A stretch of 64,000 nt of DNA, from the NCBI GenBank assembly GCA_965228855.1, contig CBDDIJ010000005.1:288001-352000 (forward strand), written 5' to 3'. Below the pieces are notes generated by a model. That model saw only the letters and a program-made list of their open reading frames with translations. It was not told the DNA's origin and made no database searches. A program made the position numbers and the translations under genes. Positions 1-10,573 of the stretch are shown here, piece after piece. The stretch comes from Candidatus Obscuribacterales bacterium (lineage in GTDB: Bacteria; Cyanobacteriota; Vampirovibrionia; Obscuribacterales; Obscuribacteraceae). Numbering within the stretch: position 1 is the stretch's first letter; every line of letters starts with the position of its first letter.

Positions 1-456
1 CCCATCGTCCCAGTCAGTTTTATAATTCACTTTGCGTTCAGGCCAAGCTTGAATCAAACAAATCACGGGCTTTCCAGCATCCAGTAATTCCTTCAGTTCA
101 CTGACTTTCATGTCTTTGTAAACCTGGACATTATAGCCCTTCGACTCGGAGAAGCGCTTCATCTCTGCATATGCTGTGCCTTCCTGGGGATTAGCCTTCA
201 GTAGTTTCGCAAGATCGGATTCGAGAAACTCATCCCCATAGAACATCAAAACAGACTGCAGAGCAGCCACTCCGCAGGTGTAATTCGTCGCCTGCCGCGT
301 CATCGGAATTTTTATAATATTTGCCGGCAATCTGGCTACGCGATTTTTCTCGGCTCGCTCGACAGCCAAACTTCCGGCGCACGAACAATAAATGCTGATG
401 CTCAATACCATCAACATGCAGAACACGAGCTTCGGTTGACTGTAACGAGGGTTCAT
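1..456 (-). CDS. Secreted C39-like cysteine peptidase (partial; 3' end runs off the window)
   Basis: My own translation from ATG 456 (not in the ORF track): MNPRYSQPKLVFCMLMVLSISIYC...PMTRQATNYTCGVAALQSVLMFYG...GKPVICLIQAW...DWDDG. Q-x5-C-G-x-A-A-L motif typical of C39 peptidases, with a hydrophobic N-terminus. Confidence 0.75.
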   Translation of the reverse strand, partial: MNPRYSQPKLVFCMLMVLSISIYCSCAGSLAVERAEKNRVARLPANIIKIPMTRQATNYTCGVAALQSVLMFYGDEFLESDLAKLLKANPQEGTAYAEMKRFSESKGYNVQVYKDMKVSELKELLDAGKPVICLIQAWPERKVNYKTDWDDG

Positions 457-509
457 TGTCGACCACCTTTACTTCAGTAGATCGACAATATTACCATTGA
501 GGCGATTAC

Positions 510-1580
510 CTAGTTCGACGCAATGATTTTATTGGCGCGTTGTTTCAGTCGCTGAGCTTCGGTTTTATTACCCAGAGCAGATTCCATGGTGGCATAATTA
601 TTCAAGGTGTTGGCAATTTCCAGGCCGTCTTTGCCCACTGAATCTTCGTAAGTTTTGATTGCGCGTCTGTACAGAGGCTCCGCTTCACTGTACTTTTTCT
701 GCGAGTGATAGAGCACGGCGAGATTGTTTAACGCGCTTGCAAACTTCGGACTGGGCTGATTGCGCTTTTCATAAATCGCTATTGCACTCTTATATGAGGT
801 CTCCGCATCAGCATACCTATTCCGTGCGCGATAATATTCGCCAAGGTTATTTTCAGCATTGGCGGTATCGACACTAGCTGGATCGTGAGTCTTGTATATC
901 TCCAGAGCCCACTTCAGGAGCGGCTCGGCCTGATCGAGCTTGCCCTGAGCAAAATACAGCGAACCTAAATTCGTGCGTGCGTCACCGAGTCGTTTATCGT
1001 CTTTTCCGAGCTTCTTCTCGAAAGCAGCCATGGCGTTTTTCAATTCCGTTTCCGCCTCAGAGAACGCGCCCGCTTGAAGGTAAAGCTTGCCTAAGCTTAA
1101 TTTGCTTCGAGCTAAATCGACCGAATCGCCCGGCAAATTTTCTCTGCGAATATCTCGCCCCTGCATTAGGAGAACTTCGGCGTCCTCAAGTTGTCCCTGA
1201 TCGACAAGATTGTCACCCTGCGCCGTCAAGCTCTCTGCGAGCTTTAGAAGTCCAGGGCGCAGTTCCTTCCGACGAGCTTCAATCGATTTCTGATAGAACT
1301 CTTCGGCTTCCTCAAGCTTGTTCTGCTCCTTGAGGTTGTCACCAATCAACAGGTAGTCACGAGCGACGGCTTCGCTTTCAGCGCCGAACTTCTTAACGTC
1401 CTTGGCAAGCGCGTCTTGAAGCATCTCATCGGCCTTTTTGTAGTCGCCTTTGTCAATCGATAAACGAACATTGCTGCGGATCGAATCTGTTTGGGCGGTT
1501 GGATCACCTGTTGCACAACCGGTCATAAAACCGACGGTAAGCCCGATTGCGAGAATTCCATTTACATAGTTGTTGCTCAT
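510..1580 (-). CDS. TPR-repeat lipoprotein (kinesin-light-chain-like 42-aa repeats)
   Basis: Signal peptide ending FMTG-C (lipobox-like); repeated NNLAxLYxxQxKYxEAEPLYxRA units. Confidence 0.85.
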   Translation of the reverse strand: MSNNYVNGILAIGLTVGFMTGCATGDPTAQTDSIRSNVRLSIDKGDYKKADEMLQDALAKDVKKFGAESEAVARDYLLIGDNLKEQNKLEEAEEFYQKSIEARRKELRPGLLKLAESLTAQGDNLVDQGQLEDAEVLLMQGRDIRRENLPGDSVDLARSKLSLGKLYLQAGAFSEAETELKNAMAAFEKKLGKDDKRLGDARTNLGSLYFAQGKLDQAEPLLKWALEIYKTHDPASVDTANAENNLGEYYRARNRYADAETSYKSAIAIYEKRNQPSPKFASALNNLAVLYHSQKKYSEAEPLYRRAIKTYEDSVGKDGLEIANTLNNYATMESALGNKTEAQRLKQRANKIIASN

Positions 1581-1842
1581 ATCCCGAATCCTTCTTATTG
1601 TGCCTCAAGCCGTGTTTGAAATCGGCGTCACCACCTTCCATATATTTGGCATACCTTTCAACGGTCAATGCTAATAAGCCTATTGACCCGGCTGAATGGT
1701 AAATGTGCCCGAACCGACATAATCTGCACATCGGAATTAAAACGGAACTGGGAACCAATAAATTGACTCGTCGTCGGAAAGCTAATCTGCGTCTTATTCA
1801 GGAATCGCACAGTGGCTGTGCTCCGAGACAGAGGGTGGACTT

Positions 1843-2397
1843 ATGAATTCAGGAAAGAAATTTTTGGCAGTCGCTGTCACGGCGATTATGGCTAATTCCG
1901 CCGTGCTTCCGGCTTTCAGTCAGGCGACAACCCTGACTGGTTCGATTAATCAGAATGTGGTGCCGGTCCAAAGCATGCAAGCCCAACGTGCCTCGATTGA
2001 CTATAATCGCCCGCGTCCCGTTGTAGTAAATCGCCCTGTGTATAGAACATATGCGGTGCAAGATCGAAGGACCTACTTCCAACGTCATCCCAAAGTTAAG
2101 TCCGCTGTTGTGGGCGGAGCTGTGGGCGCCGGAGGCGGCGCGGTGGCAGGTTTGATATCAGGGCGAGGTGTGCTTCGAGGGGCGGCTATCGGAGCTGGCA
2201 CCGGCGCTGGTGTCGGACTTATTCGATCAAGCAGAACGATGAAACGACATCCACTGGCTAAAGATCTGGCGACTGGCGCCGCCGTTGGTTTCGGGCTGGG
2301 AGCGGCCTCGAGCAGACGTGGAAGCACAATGGTTAAATCAGCAGCGATTGGCACCGCAATTGGTGGCGGCTACCACTTCCTCAAGAAGATGTTTTAA
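1843..2397 (+). CDS. Secreted glycine-zipper protein
   Basis: Signal peptide; repeated GAAIGAGTGAGVG-type GxxxG zippers; GAGGG SD upstream. Confidence 0.75.
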   Translation: MNSGKKFLAVAVTAIMANSAVLPAFSQATTLTGSINQNVVPVQSMQAQRASIDYNRPRPVVVNRPVYRTYAVQDRRTYFQRHPKVKSAVVGGAVGAGGGAVAGLISGRGVLRGAAIGAGTGAGVGLIRSSRTMKRHPLAKDLATGAAVGFGLGAASSRRGSTMVKSAAIGTAIGGGYHFLKKMF

Positions 2398-2439
2398 ACA
2401 CGAAGCATTTATCCGCCCATACTTAGAGACTGCAGGAGG

Positions 2440-5400
2440 TCATGAGATCACCTGCAGTCTTGATACGCCGGACTCTTTCTGCACATAAATCTGAACCGGA
2501 AACATCTCGCGCACATCCGCGATGTGCGTGATTACAAGGATTTTGCGAAAGTCGGACTGGATAGACTTGATCGATGAAACCAAGCGCTCACGACTTGAAT
2601 CGTCTTGAGAACCAAAACCCTCATCGATGACCAATGTTTCCAATCGAGCACCGGCGCGCCGGGCCAGCAGTCTGGACAGGGCGATCCGGATCGCGAAGTT
2701 GACCTTGAATGCCTCACCGCCACTGAAGAGCTCATAATTACGTGTTCCAACTTCATCGCCGATCAAGATGTCCAGCGTTTCGGCAAGCGTCCCCGACTTT
2801 GTTTTTTGCTGCGTGACCAAACCGATATGCATTTTGTTGTCACTGAGGCGAGCTAGAATTCTGTTCGCTTCTGTTTCAATTTCGGGAACCGCGTTCTCGA
2901 TGATAACTGCCTGAATGCCTTTCTTTCCGAACGATTCTGCCAGAAACAGGTGGTCCTCGCGCTCGTCAGTCAGTTCAACCAGTTCCTTTTTCTTTTCCGC
3001 CAGAGCCTCAAGTTCCTTTTCAACCTGGTGCTTTCGGCTTTCCAGAATCGCAACTTCGCGCGCCAATGCTCGATGCTCTTCTCGAAGGCGGTCTAGCTGT
3101 TCCTGGATTTGCTCCAGGTGAAACTGCTTTTCATTGAGTTCGCGGGTTTGGTCCTGCAGCTGTTTGAGCTCCTGCTCAAGCTCCGGAATTTTGGCTAGTT
3201 TAAGTTCCAACATACCGCGAACTTTCGACAACGACTCTTCAATCGCAGGCAAATCTTCGAGAGCCTTCTTCAAGTCACGGACCTGTTCAATAAAAGGCAA
3301 CAGCGCAATCAATTCCGTTTTCATCAGTTGATGATGATCTCGGTCGTAGTTGAGCGAGTCGATACGTTCTTTGAGCGCTTTCAATTCGGTTCGTTGTTCC
3401 TCGCCGTAAGACTCAGACTCTAGTTCCTCGATGCACCGACGTTCCTTTTCGAGGGCAAGCGGCAACTCGACCTCAAGCTTCTGAAGCTCAGCCTGGTCCC
3501 GCTTAAGCTGGATGTGCCGAGCTTCGATGTGTCTTTTGGCCCGAATCTGAGACTGCAGACTGGCATAAACAGCCGGATCGAATTCTAGTTTATGTATCTC
3601 GGTTTTGACATTTATCAAGCTCTCGCGTTCAATCTGTGCAAAGTCCATATCGTCGAGACGGCGACCCAAAGTGAGAATATCGGTTATTACCCGAGCGCGT
3701 GAATCACGAGCGCGCGCCATCGTCTCTTCTTTCTCGTTAAACTGGCCTATCCGTTTATCAAGCTCCTTTCGGCGACCAAGCTCTCTTTTCAATCGTGCAT
3801 AACGCAGACGCAGTTCGTTACGCTCCTCTTCAAGCTCTCCTCTGAGTTTCAGTTGGCTCAAAATATCGTCATCAAGGGCTTCATTGTCTGTGTGATAGCG
3901 ACTTATTACGGCGCTGCGATCGACGATTGGTGCCGCGCACAACGGACAGATGCTCTCATGACTGTGTTCGGTAAGTTCTCGAACCTTCTCTCGATTTTCA
4001 TCCTGCCGACGCTTTATTTCGTCGATACGAGCGTCGACGCCCTCGAGTTCGGACTTGAGCATCAATCCTTTATCCTCGACGAGATCGAACTCTGATTCTA
4101 CTCGCTCAAGTTCCTTCACATCGGCCTCGAGCGCCTGCTTTTGCTCAGCGATCAAACTTTCCGCAGCGAGAACTGAATCAAGCTCGGACAATGTCAGTTC
4201 CTTTTGGCCAAGCTCAACTTCCAGTTTGATCTTTGATTCATTAATCATCGACTGAAGCTGCGCCGCGCGTTCCGTCAGTCGAGTAAACATATCCTGCTTT
4301 AACGCTAGTTCCGATTCACTCTGCAAAAGTCTTTTGAACTCCGCGTATGACTCCTGAATTTTGTCACTATCCTTAGTGTCATATTTCAGTGCGTCGAGCT
4401 TAACCCGACAGCTTTCCGAAGACGCTTTCAAATGATCGAGTTCTACTTCCAAGCGGCTTCTTAAGCTAGCCAAGCCTGTCTGCAGCTTGAGTTTATCCTC
4501 GACCAGATCTTGAGCTTGCAAAGCTTTCTGATCGAGAATCTCAATGTCGTTTTTCAATCGGTCCAGTTCTTCCGATTTCTGTTTAATCTCGGACGAGCGC
4601 TCGACCAGATCAGTTAGTTCTTTGCTTCGCCGCTCCAGTTCAAGCTTTTGAACAGTCAGGTTCGTAACGTCGGAGTTCAGCTCTATAAGTTGTGCAGAAT
4701 CATGCTCGATTTTCTGCCTCATCAGCTTTAATTGCTGAACAGACTCTGACAGCATCCCGACACTCGTTTCAAGCTGCTTCAACTGCTGGTCCTTGCTCAC
4801 GAACTCATTAGTGCGCAACTCGTGTTCCGCAGAAACTAGATCACGCTCCGCCTGTAACTGCGGGAGAGTAAGAAGACTGGATTCAATAATATCCATTCTG
4901 GTTTTGGCATCCCGAGCTCTCAGACGACAAGCCTCTTGAAGGCGGTCGAAGTATGCAAGACCGAGTATCTCGGATAGAACGTGCTTTCGCTCCGACGGCG
5001 GGCGGGTCGTAAATTCGTCTGCGCGTCCCTGGCGCAGATAAACGCTATTCACAAACGTGTCGTAATCCATGCGCAGTAAGTCGCAAATCGATTGCTGAGT
5101 AACTCGCATACTGGGTCCGGTCAGGCTGCGCCAACGCCCGAGGTGCTCGCCGTCGCTTTCCTCAAGTGATGGGTGTGATGTGATAGCATTGCCTGCCGTA
5201 CCAGACTGTCCTCGGCCGTTTCCGCTTAACGAAGTACCACCGATGGTGCTTTCTGAAGAACCGCGTACCATTGCTCCTACAGGCGCACTCTCGCGACCAT
5301 CGCTATCTGCCATTCCTGTCTTCACGCGCTCTGAAACAGGCGATAATAATTGCAAATCAAGCAAGCCCCTGGACGTTCCACGCATTCCACCTTTGGTTGC

Positions 5401-5667
5401 GCGTTTCAATCGAGAACGTCGAACTCTATACGTGCGACCTTCGTATTCAAATACGAGATCGACCCACATCTCTTTCTCGCCCAGTCGAATAAGTTCATCA
5501 GACGACGAGCGACCTTCTTCCCAGAGGGCCCATGTTATTGCATCGAGCAAAGCTGACTTACCCGAACCGTTTTGACCGGACAAACATGCAACCGTAACTG
5601 AGCTAAGGTCCACGCTCACATCGGCGTAGCTCATAAAATTATGCAAAGTCAGGGTTTTGATGATCAC
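2440..5667 (-). CDS. sbcC: SbcC/Rad50-family SMC-like ATPase
   Basis: Walker A GQNGSGKS, long coiled coil with CPLC zinc hook, FSGGE signature, Walker B LVIDEGFGSQD, ITH motif. Confidence 0.93.
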   Translation of the reverse strand: MIIKTLTLHNFMSYADVSVDLSSVTVACLSGQNGSGKSALLDAITWALWEEGRSSSDELIRLGEKEMWVDLVFEYEGRTYRVRRSRLKRATKGGMRGTSRGLLDLQLLSPVSERVKTGMADSDGRESAPVGAMVRGSSESTIGGTSLSGNGRGQSGTAGNAITSHPSLEESDGEHLGRWRSLTGPSMRVTQQSICDLLRMDYDTFVNSVYLRQGRADEFTTRPPSERKHVLSEILGLAYFDRLQEACRLRARDAKTRMDIIESSLLTLPQLQAERDLVSAEHELRTNEFVSKDQQLKQLETSVGMLSESVQQLKLMRQKIEHDSAQLIELNSDVTNLTVQKLELERRSKELTDLVERSSEIKQKSEELDRLKNDIEILDQKALQAQDLVEDKLKLQTGLASLRSRLEVELDHLKASSESCRVKLDALKYDTKDSDKIQESYAEFKRLLQSESELALKQDMFTRLTERAAQLQSMINESKIKLEVELGQKELTLSELDSVLAAESLIAEQKQALEADVKELERVESEFDLVEDKGLMLKSELEGVDARIDEIKRRQDENREKVRELTEHSHESICPLCAAPIVDRSAVISRYHTDNEALDDDILSQLKLRGELEEERNELRLRYARLKRELGRRKELDKRIGQFNEKEETMARARDSRARVITDILTLGRRLDDMDFAQIERESLINVKTEIHKLEFDPAVYASLQSQIRAKRHIEARHIQLKRDQAELQKLEVELPLALEKERRCIEELESESYGEEQRTELKALKERIDSLNYDRDHHQLMKTELIALLPFIEQVRDLKKALEDLPAIEESLSKVRGMLELKLAKIPELEQELKQLQDQTRELNEKQFHLEQIQEQLDRLREEHRALAREVAILESRKHQVEKELEALAEKKKELVELTDEREDHLFLAESFGKKGIQAVIIENAVPEIETEANRILARLSDNKMHIGLVTQQKTKSGTLAETLDILIGDEVGTRNYELFSGGEAFKVNFAIRIALSRLLARRAGARLETLVIDEGFGSQDDSSRERLVSSIKSIQSDFRKILVITHIADVREMFPVQIYVQKESGVSRLQVIS

Positions 5668-5939
5668 GCAGCTTAACCTGGTCGAATGCGTGAGACTAAA
5701 TCAGAAGGTCGATATATCCAATCGATAGCCTTCTACTTCATGACATAATGGGTTCAACTTCCAAAGTAGCACAAACCGGACACCAATAGCATATAGCCCG
5801 TTCGGATCCGCATTTCGCAAAGATGTTGAATTAAGCAAGACTAGTCGAATTAATCGAATCGCTCAAATAGGCATTTAACAACGAAAGGACAAGAGCTCTG
5901 CCGTCAAATAACAACGAAAAAATACCAGGTCAGACACCA

Positions 5940-8900
5940 GTGGGGCTAACTGCAAATCTGCTATGGCTTGTTGGAGCGGCGTTCTCCATCTCGGGTTTTG
6001 CCGCCCTCACTTACGAAATCGTTTGGCAAAGAGTGCTTGTCCGCGTCATCGGAGCGACAACACCGGCAAGTTCAGTCATTATCTGCGCATTCATGGGTGG
6101 ACTAGGAATCGGAGCCCTTCTTGGAGCGAAATTCGCACAGAGAAAAAACTTTCTGCGCCAACTGGCAATCATTGAAGTCTTGATTTTCGTCTGCGCGATC
6201 ATATCAAGTAAACTGTGTTCCACAGACGTATTACAGCAACTAATTCGTTTTTTAAACAGCACCATTGGCGATGGCAACCCGAACGCCGCCATCGGCTTCG
6301 TTCTAGTATTTCTTCTTGTGCTTGTACCAACATCGCTAATGGGCGCAACATTCCCGATTATCGCGGACTTCGCGGCGCAGTACGACTGGAAGGGTTCCGG
6401 AACACTGCTGAAGCTCTACGCAATCAATTCGACCGGCGCCGTATTTGGTGCGTTCGTATCCGGTTTTCTCCTCATGCCGGCGTCAGGTATCGAGAAAACA
6501 CTCCTGGCGACAGGTTGCTGCAACCTTGTATCAGCAATTCTCTGCCTTATCGCGTCCAGAGTGGTTGTTCAGAACAATGTTTCCACTTCCCTAAGTTTGA
6601 AGGAGGAAGCCGAAGCAGGATTGGGAACGGCAAAAGCGGAAGTGGAAGCGGAATCTGATTGCATTCAGGCACCAACCAGGTCAGTTCCCGATCCTTTGAT
6701 GTTTCTGACGCTCCTTGTGTTTGCCACCGGCGCGATGTCGTTTGCCATGGAAATCGTCTGGACACGATTTCTCGTCATGATAATCGGTTCCTCAACTTAC
6801 GCGCTAAGCCTCATGCTCACTGTGTTTATATCTGGGCTCGCCAGTGGTGCCTGGGTCGCGGAAAAGATTGGAGAAAAAACAGTGAACATGCTGGGCAGCA
6901 TTGCAATCATGCTCGCCATGGCGTCAGGCGCAGTGACACTCAACCTCTATCAATATCAAGTAACGCCGTCAACTTATTTGACCATGAAAAAGGTGACCAG
7001 CACTATAGGTCCAAGCTTCTGGAATGAAACAATTTCGATGCTCTTGCTGGCTGTTTTCTTAATCTTCCTGGCAGCGACCGTAATCGGCACGATTTTCCCG
7101 CTCGCTCTGGGAGCAGTGCGAGGAAACAATCAGAAGAGTGATAACAAGCGCGTATCGCTGCTCTACTGCTCGAACATTGCCGGCTCGATGCTGGGCTCCT
7201 TCGGTTGTGGTGTCATCCTCTTGCCGGTGATGTCGGATCTGTTCATAAGCGCGATCGAGCAGACGACTTTCCTGGTGTCTGCAGGCTTCATATTTGTTTC
7301 CATGGTTACTCTTCTTATTACACCAAAGACAATTACCTTGCGTTTAGACAAAACCCCTTCGCGTTTCAGCGTCGAGTTGAAGCGAGTAGCATTGCTCTGT
7401 GCAGCCAGCATGCTCGCACTTTCATTGCACCCTCAGTGGGATTCGATTTTACTTTCCAGCGGACTGTCGTACGTTTCCGAACAAGACGCGAAGACGCTCC
7501 CGGTACAGGATCTGATCGACGCTCTCAGTTTCAATACTAAGTTGACTTCGGGACAAAGCCTTCTAATGTACAAGGAAGGGACCAACAGCACTATTTCGGT
7601 GATTTCAAACCCAAACGCAAATCTGGTTTCGCTGCGCAGCAATGGAAAGGTCGAAGCCGCGATGCCCTTGACCAGACAATTACCGGCACCTGATAGTGAT
7701 TTGCCCACACAAAAGTTGCTCGGTCTGTTGCCGGCAATTATGTGTTCCGCGCCACAAGAATTGAATGGTCTGGTAATCGGCTATGGTACAGGCACCACCT
7801 GCAGTACCATCATGACGGCACCATGGGTGGAAGCGGTCACCGCAGTCGAGCTCGAGAAGGCTATCTGGAACGCTCGTCAGTACTTTCAGGGACACACGAA
7901 CCATGATGATGAATCGAAGCTTCGCAAGGTCACAGGCGATGCTCGGAATTATCTATTGCTAAGCGAAGACACCTATGATTTCATCGTTTCACAGCCAGCC
8001 GAGCCGTGGCTGAGCGGAGCGTCAGATCTGTTCACCGTCGAATTTTATCAATTAGCAAAATCGCGATTGAGGAACACCGGTATGTTCTGCCAGTGGATAC
8101 CTCTCTACTCGCTGACAGCCAATCAACTGAATTGTTTGCTTAATACGTTCGATTCGGTTTTTCCAAACGTTAAAGTTTGGCACTCCAGTCGAGCCGGAGA
8201 GTTGATTGTGACAGGACAAATCGCTGACGGAGCCGATTCAGAGGAGATTAAAACTAGATTTGCTAGCCCGGAAATGTTTAAACAGTTTCAACAGATTGGT
8301 CTAGAAAGCGAAGTCGAATTGAACACGAATCGCATAACATATCCGCCTCAGGTTTCCGACCCGTTGCTGACCACCGAGCTGAACACCGATGACAACATAT
8401 TGATTGAAGGCATCCTGGCGCGTCCGATGTATGAGCATAAAGACGATATCGAAAGCGTACTTGAGAGAGTTTTTGGAAAACCGGTAGCGTGCATGCTCGA
8501 GTTTCAAGACACGAGCAGCTTAGAAAGGATTGAGCAGCTCCTTGCGCACACCCGCCGGGCGACGGCATCTACGATTCTCCCTACTGATTCTTACTATCTG
8601 GCGGCGCTAGGTGAAAACATGATTCGCAACGACATTCACGATGAAGTCCAGAGGAGATTGGATGCACTCGAGATTGACGCCCGGACGAAAACGCTGGCGC
8701 AACTCAGAATTTCACTGCACACGGGAAAACTGGCGGAGGCGCGGCGCTTACTTCCTTTGATAGATGTGAAAAACTTGAGCACATATGCTGAACTCTGTGA
8801 TGTCGCGAGCGTTTTGTATCTAGCCAGGAGCTACGAGGACGCGCTGCTTGCGTTTGCTCGTGCAGAGGAATTGAAACCGCTCGGTGCTCGAGCTCTGGCA

Positions 8901-9362
8901 GGCAGAGGTTTATACTACTGGCAGAAGAAGGACTGGGTGAGGGCGATTGAGCCCTTGCGGAAGTCATTGCGCATCGACCCGAACCAGTTTCTTGCACGCT
9001 ACGCGCTGGGTCAATCGCTTTACCAGTCGGGGCGAAAATCGGAGTCTCTGACGCAGCTTCGTGCTGCAGGCATCATCAATCCCAACTCCAGCTTACCGGG
9101 ATTGTTCGTGACGGCGGCATATCTAAAAGACAAAGACCTTGAACTTGCGACCGCCAACCAGCACCTAATTATGAGAAAAAAACCGCTCGCGCCCGACGCA
9201 ATCGCGCTCGGCATCGTGGTTGACGCACTCGACGGTCGAGGAGATCTCAGTGAAAATCTGCGCAAGCGCTACAGAGAAATCACTACCCGTGATATCACAG
9301 TCACTGATGCACGCAAATTAGTCGACACGATTCTCTCAGAACCCTACGTTCTTTCGAACTGA
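5940..9362 (+). CDS. Membrane-bound spermidine synthase-like protein (multi-TM + aminopropyltransferase/SAM domain) with C-terminal TPRs
   Basis: Two hydrophobic repeats (YEIVWQR / MEIVWTR), VIGYGTGTT, VELE, GDARNYL, LFTVEFY, FCQWIPLY, then TPRs. Confidence 0.85.
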   Translation: MGLTANLLWLVGAAFSISGFAALTYEIVWQRVLVRVIGATTPASSVIICAFMGGLGIGALLGAKFAQRKNFLRQLAIIEVLIFVCAIISSKLCSTDVLQQLIRFLNSTIGDGNPNAAIGFVLVFLLVLVPTSLMGATFPIIADFAAQYDWKGSGTLLKLYAINSTGAVFGAFVSGFLLMPASGIEKTLLATGCCNLVSAILCLIASRVVVQNNVSTSLSLKEEAEAGLGTAKAEVEAESDCIQAPTRSVPDPLMFLTLLVFATGAMSFAMEIVWTRFLVMIIGSSTYALSLMLTVFISGLASGAWVAEKIGEKTVNMLGSIAIMLAMASGAVTLNLYQYQVTPSTYLTMKKVTSTIGPSFWNETISMLLLAVFLIFLAATVIGTIFPLALGAVRGNNQKSDNKRVSLLYCSNIAGSMLGSFGCGVILLPVMSDLFISAIEQTTFLVSAGFIFVSMVTLLITPKTITLRLDKTPSRFSVELKRVALLCAASMLALSLHPQWDSILLSSGLSYVSEQDAKTLPVQDLIDALSFNTKLTSGQSLLMYKEGTNSTISVISNPNANLVSLRSNGKVEAAMPLTRQLPAPDSDLPTQKLLGLLPAIMCSAPQELNGLVIGYGTGTTCSTIMTAPWVEAVTAVELEKAIWNARQYFQGHTNHDDESKLRKVTGDARNYLLLSEDTYDFIVSQPAEPWLSGASDLFTVEFYQLAKSRLRNTGMFCQWIPLYSLTANQLNCLLNTFDSVFPNVKVWHSSRAGELIVTGQIADGADSEEIKTRFASPEMFKQFQQIGLESEVELNTNRITYPPQVSDPLLTTELNTDDNILIEGILARPMYEHKDDIESVLERVFGKPVACMLEFQDTSSLERIEQLLAHTRRATASTILPTDSYYLAALGENMIRNDIHDEVQRRLDALEIDARTKTLAQLRISLHTGKLAEARRLLPLIDVKNLSTYAELCDVASVLYLARSYEDALLAFARAEELKPLGARALAGRGLYYWQKKDWVRAIEPLRKSLRIDPNQFLARYALGQSLYQSGRKSESLTQLRAAGIINPNSSLPGLFVTAAYLKDKDLELATANQHLIMRKKPLAPDAIALGIVVDALDGRGDLSENLRKRYREITTRDITVTDARKLVDTILSEPYVLSN

Positions 9363-9625
9363 AGCGTGGATAGTCAAGCACTTCTTCAGACCTTCACCAC
9401 AACGGCTACCGGACGCTAGCCCCGGTTCTCAAGACCACGACTATGGTTTTCCCTATAGCGTAAGTTTGATGAAGCATTCAAGAAGCTGATGACAGGCTGT
9501 CCTGATTAACAATTCTGTGAAAACGGTTTCCTCACAGATCAAATTAGTGGACTAAAAAATCTCCACAACGAGACAAACTGTGTAAAAATCCTAGGTGAGT
9601 AAAGAATCCATCGACGCGGCCGAAC

Positions 9626-10564
9626 ATGTCGAAACGCCTACTACTAGTAGAAGACAGTCCAACGCAGCTAATCACGCTGCGCAGCATGCTTGAGGCTTCA
9701 GGATATACAATCTCATCGTCGAAGAACGCCGCCGAAGGGCTTGTTCGCGCCTATAACGAGCAACCGGACCTGATTATTTCCGATGTCGTTATGGCGGGAA
9801 TTAACGGATATCAGCTCTGCAGGCTGGTCAAGAGCGATCCTGAACTTTCATCGATTCCAGTAATACTCTTGACCAAGCTCGACGGCTCCGTAGACCGCTT
9901 CTGGGGAATGAAGTCGGGAGCAGACAGGTTTATCCCCAAAGAACCAGGTTATCCCAGCCTTTTGAAAGCTGTGCGAGAGCTGCTTGATACCGTCAAGAGC
10001 GAGCCCAAATTGCGGCTTGTCGGTGAACCCTCACTCTCGCCCACCGCGCAGGAAATAAACGCGCGCTTGAATCAGCTTTTAGAACGACTCTTATTTGAAG
10101 CGACCATTGTTGATGAAGTTCGCAAACTTAGTGAAGAAACGCTGGACCTTAATGTTCTGGCAGACAAACTGTTTCAGTTGCTGTCTTCAATTCTCGACTA
10201 TGAAGCGTGCGCTCTGATAGTCAACGAGGGATCGCATTCATCGGTTTACACCGATTGCGCAAAACACGTAGCAGAGGCGGCTCTGACCACCTACGTAAGC
10301 ACCTTGAGCCTCCAACTGGGGCTGCCACCATTAAAGTCGAAGCTGGCTAAACAGCTTTATTATCCGGCAAACTCAATTACGCAACCAATCGACGTTCAGG
10401 GCGGGAGACTCGGTCTGCTCGTCGTGGTACCGCCATCAAATTCGGCATATCAGCCGGGAGACCAGAAGGTAGTACGAATTATCTGCGATCAATTATCGAT
10501 TGTCCTAAGAATTTTCCGCTTGCACGCGAAGCGCAATCAAGATTTAAACGGCGCCGCCAATTAG
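9626..10564 (+). CDS. Response regulator (receiver + GAF-like C-terminus, no obvious output domain)
   Basis: LLVEDS, DLIISDVVMAGINGYQLC, LLT, FIPK receiver motifs; C-terminal GGRLGLLVV...DQLSIVL resembles the end of a GAF domain. Confidence 0.8.
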   Translation: MSKRLLLVEDSPTQLITLRSMLEASGYTISSSKNAAEGLVRAYNEQPDLIISDVVMAGINGYQLCRLVKSDPELSSIPVILLTKLDGSVDRFWGMKSGADRFIPKEPGYPSLLKAVRELLDTVKSEPKLRLVGEPSLSPTAQEINARLNQLLERLLFEATIVDEVRKLSEETLDLNVLADKLFQLLSSILDYEACALIVNEGSHSSVYTDCAKHVAEAALTTYVSTLSLQLGLPPLKSKLAKQLYYPANSITQPIDVQGGRLGLLVVVPPSNSAYQPGDQKVVRIICDQLSIVLRIFRLHAKRNQDLNGAAN

Positions 10565-10573
10565 GCAACCAGA

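Noticed and set aside
230..466. 78-aa ORF in the track
   Set aside because: Out-of-frame shadow of the C39 peptidase reading frame (ATG 456), which runs off the window edge.
9515..9537. TGTGA...TCACA as a CRP site
   Set aside because: The spacer is 11 nt rather than 6.
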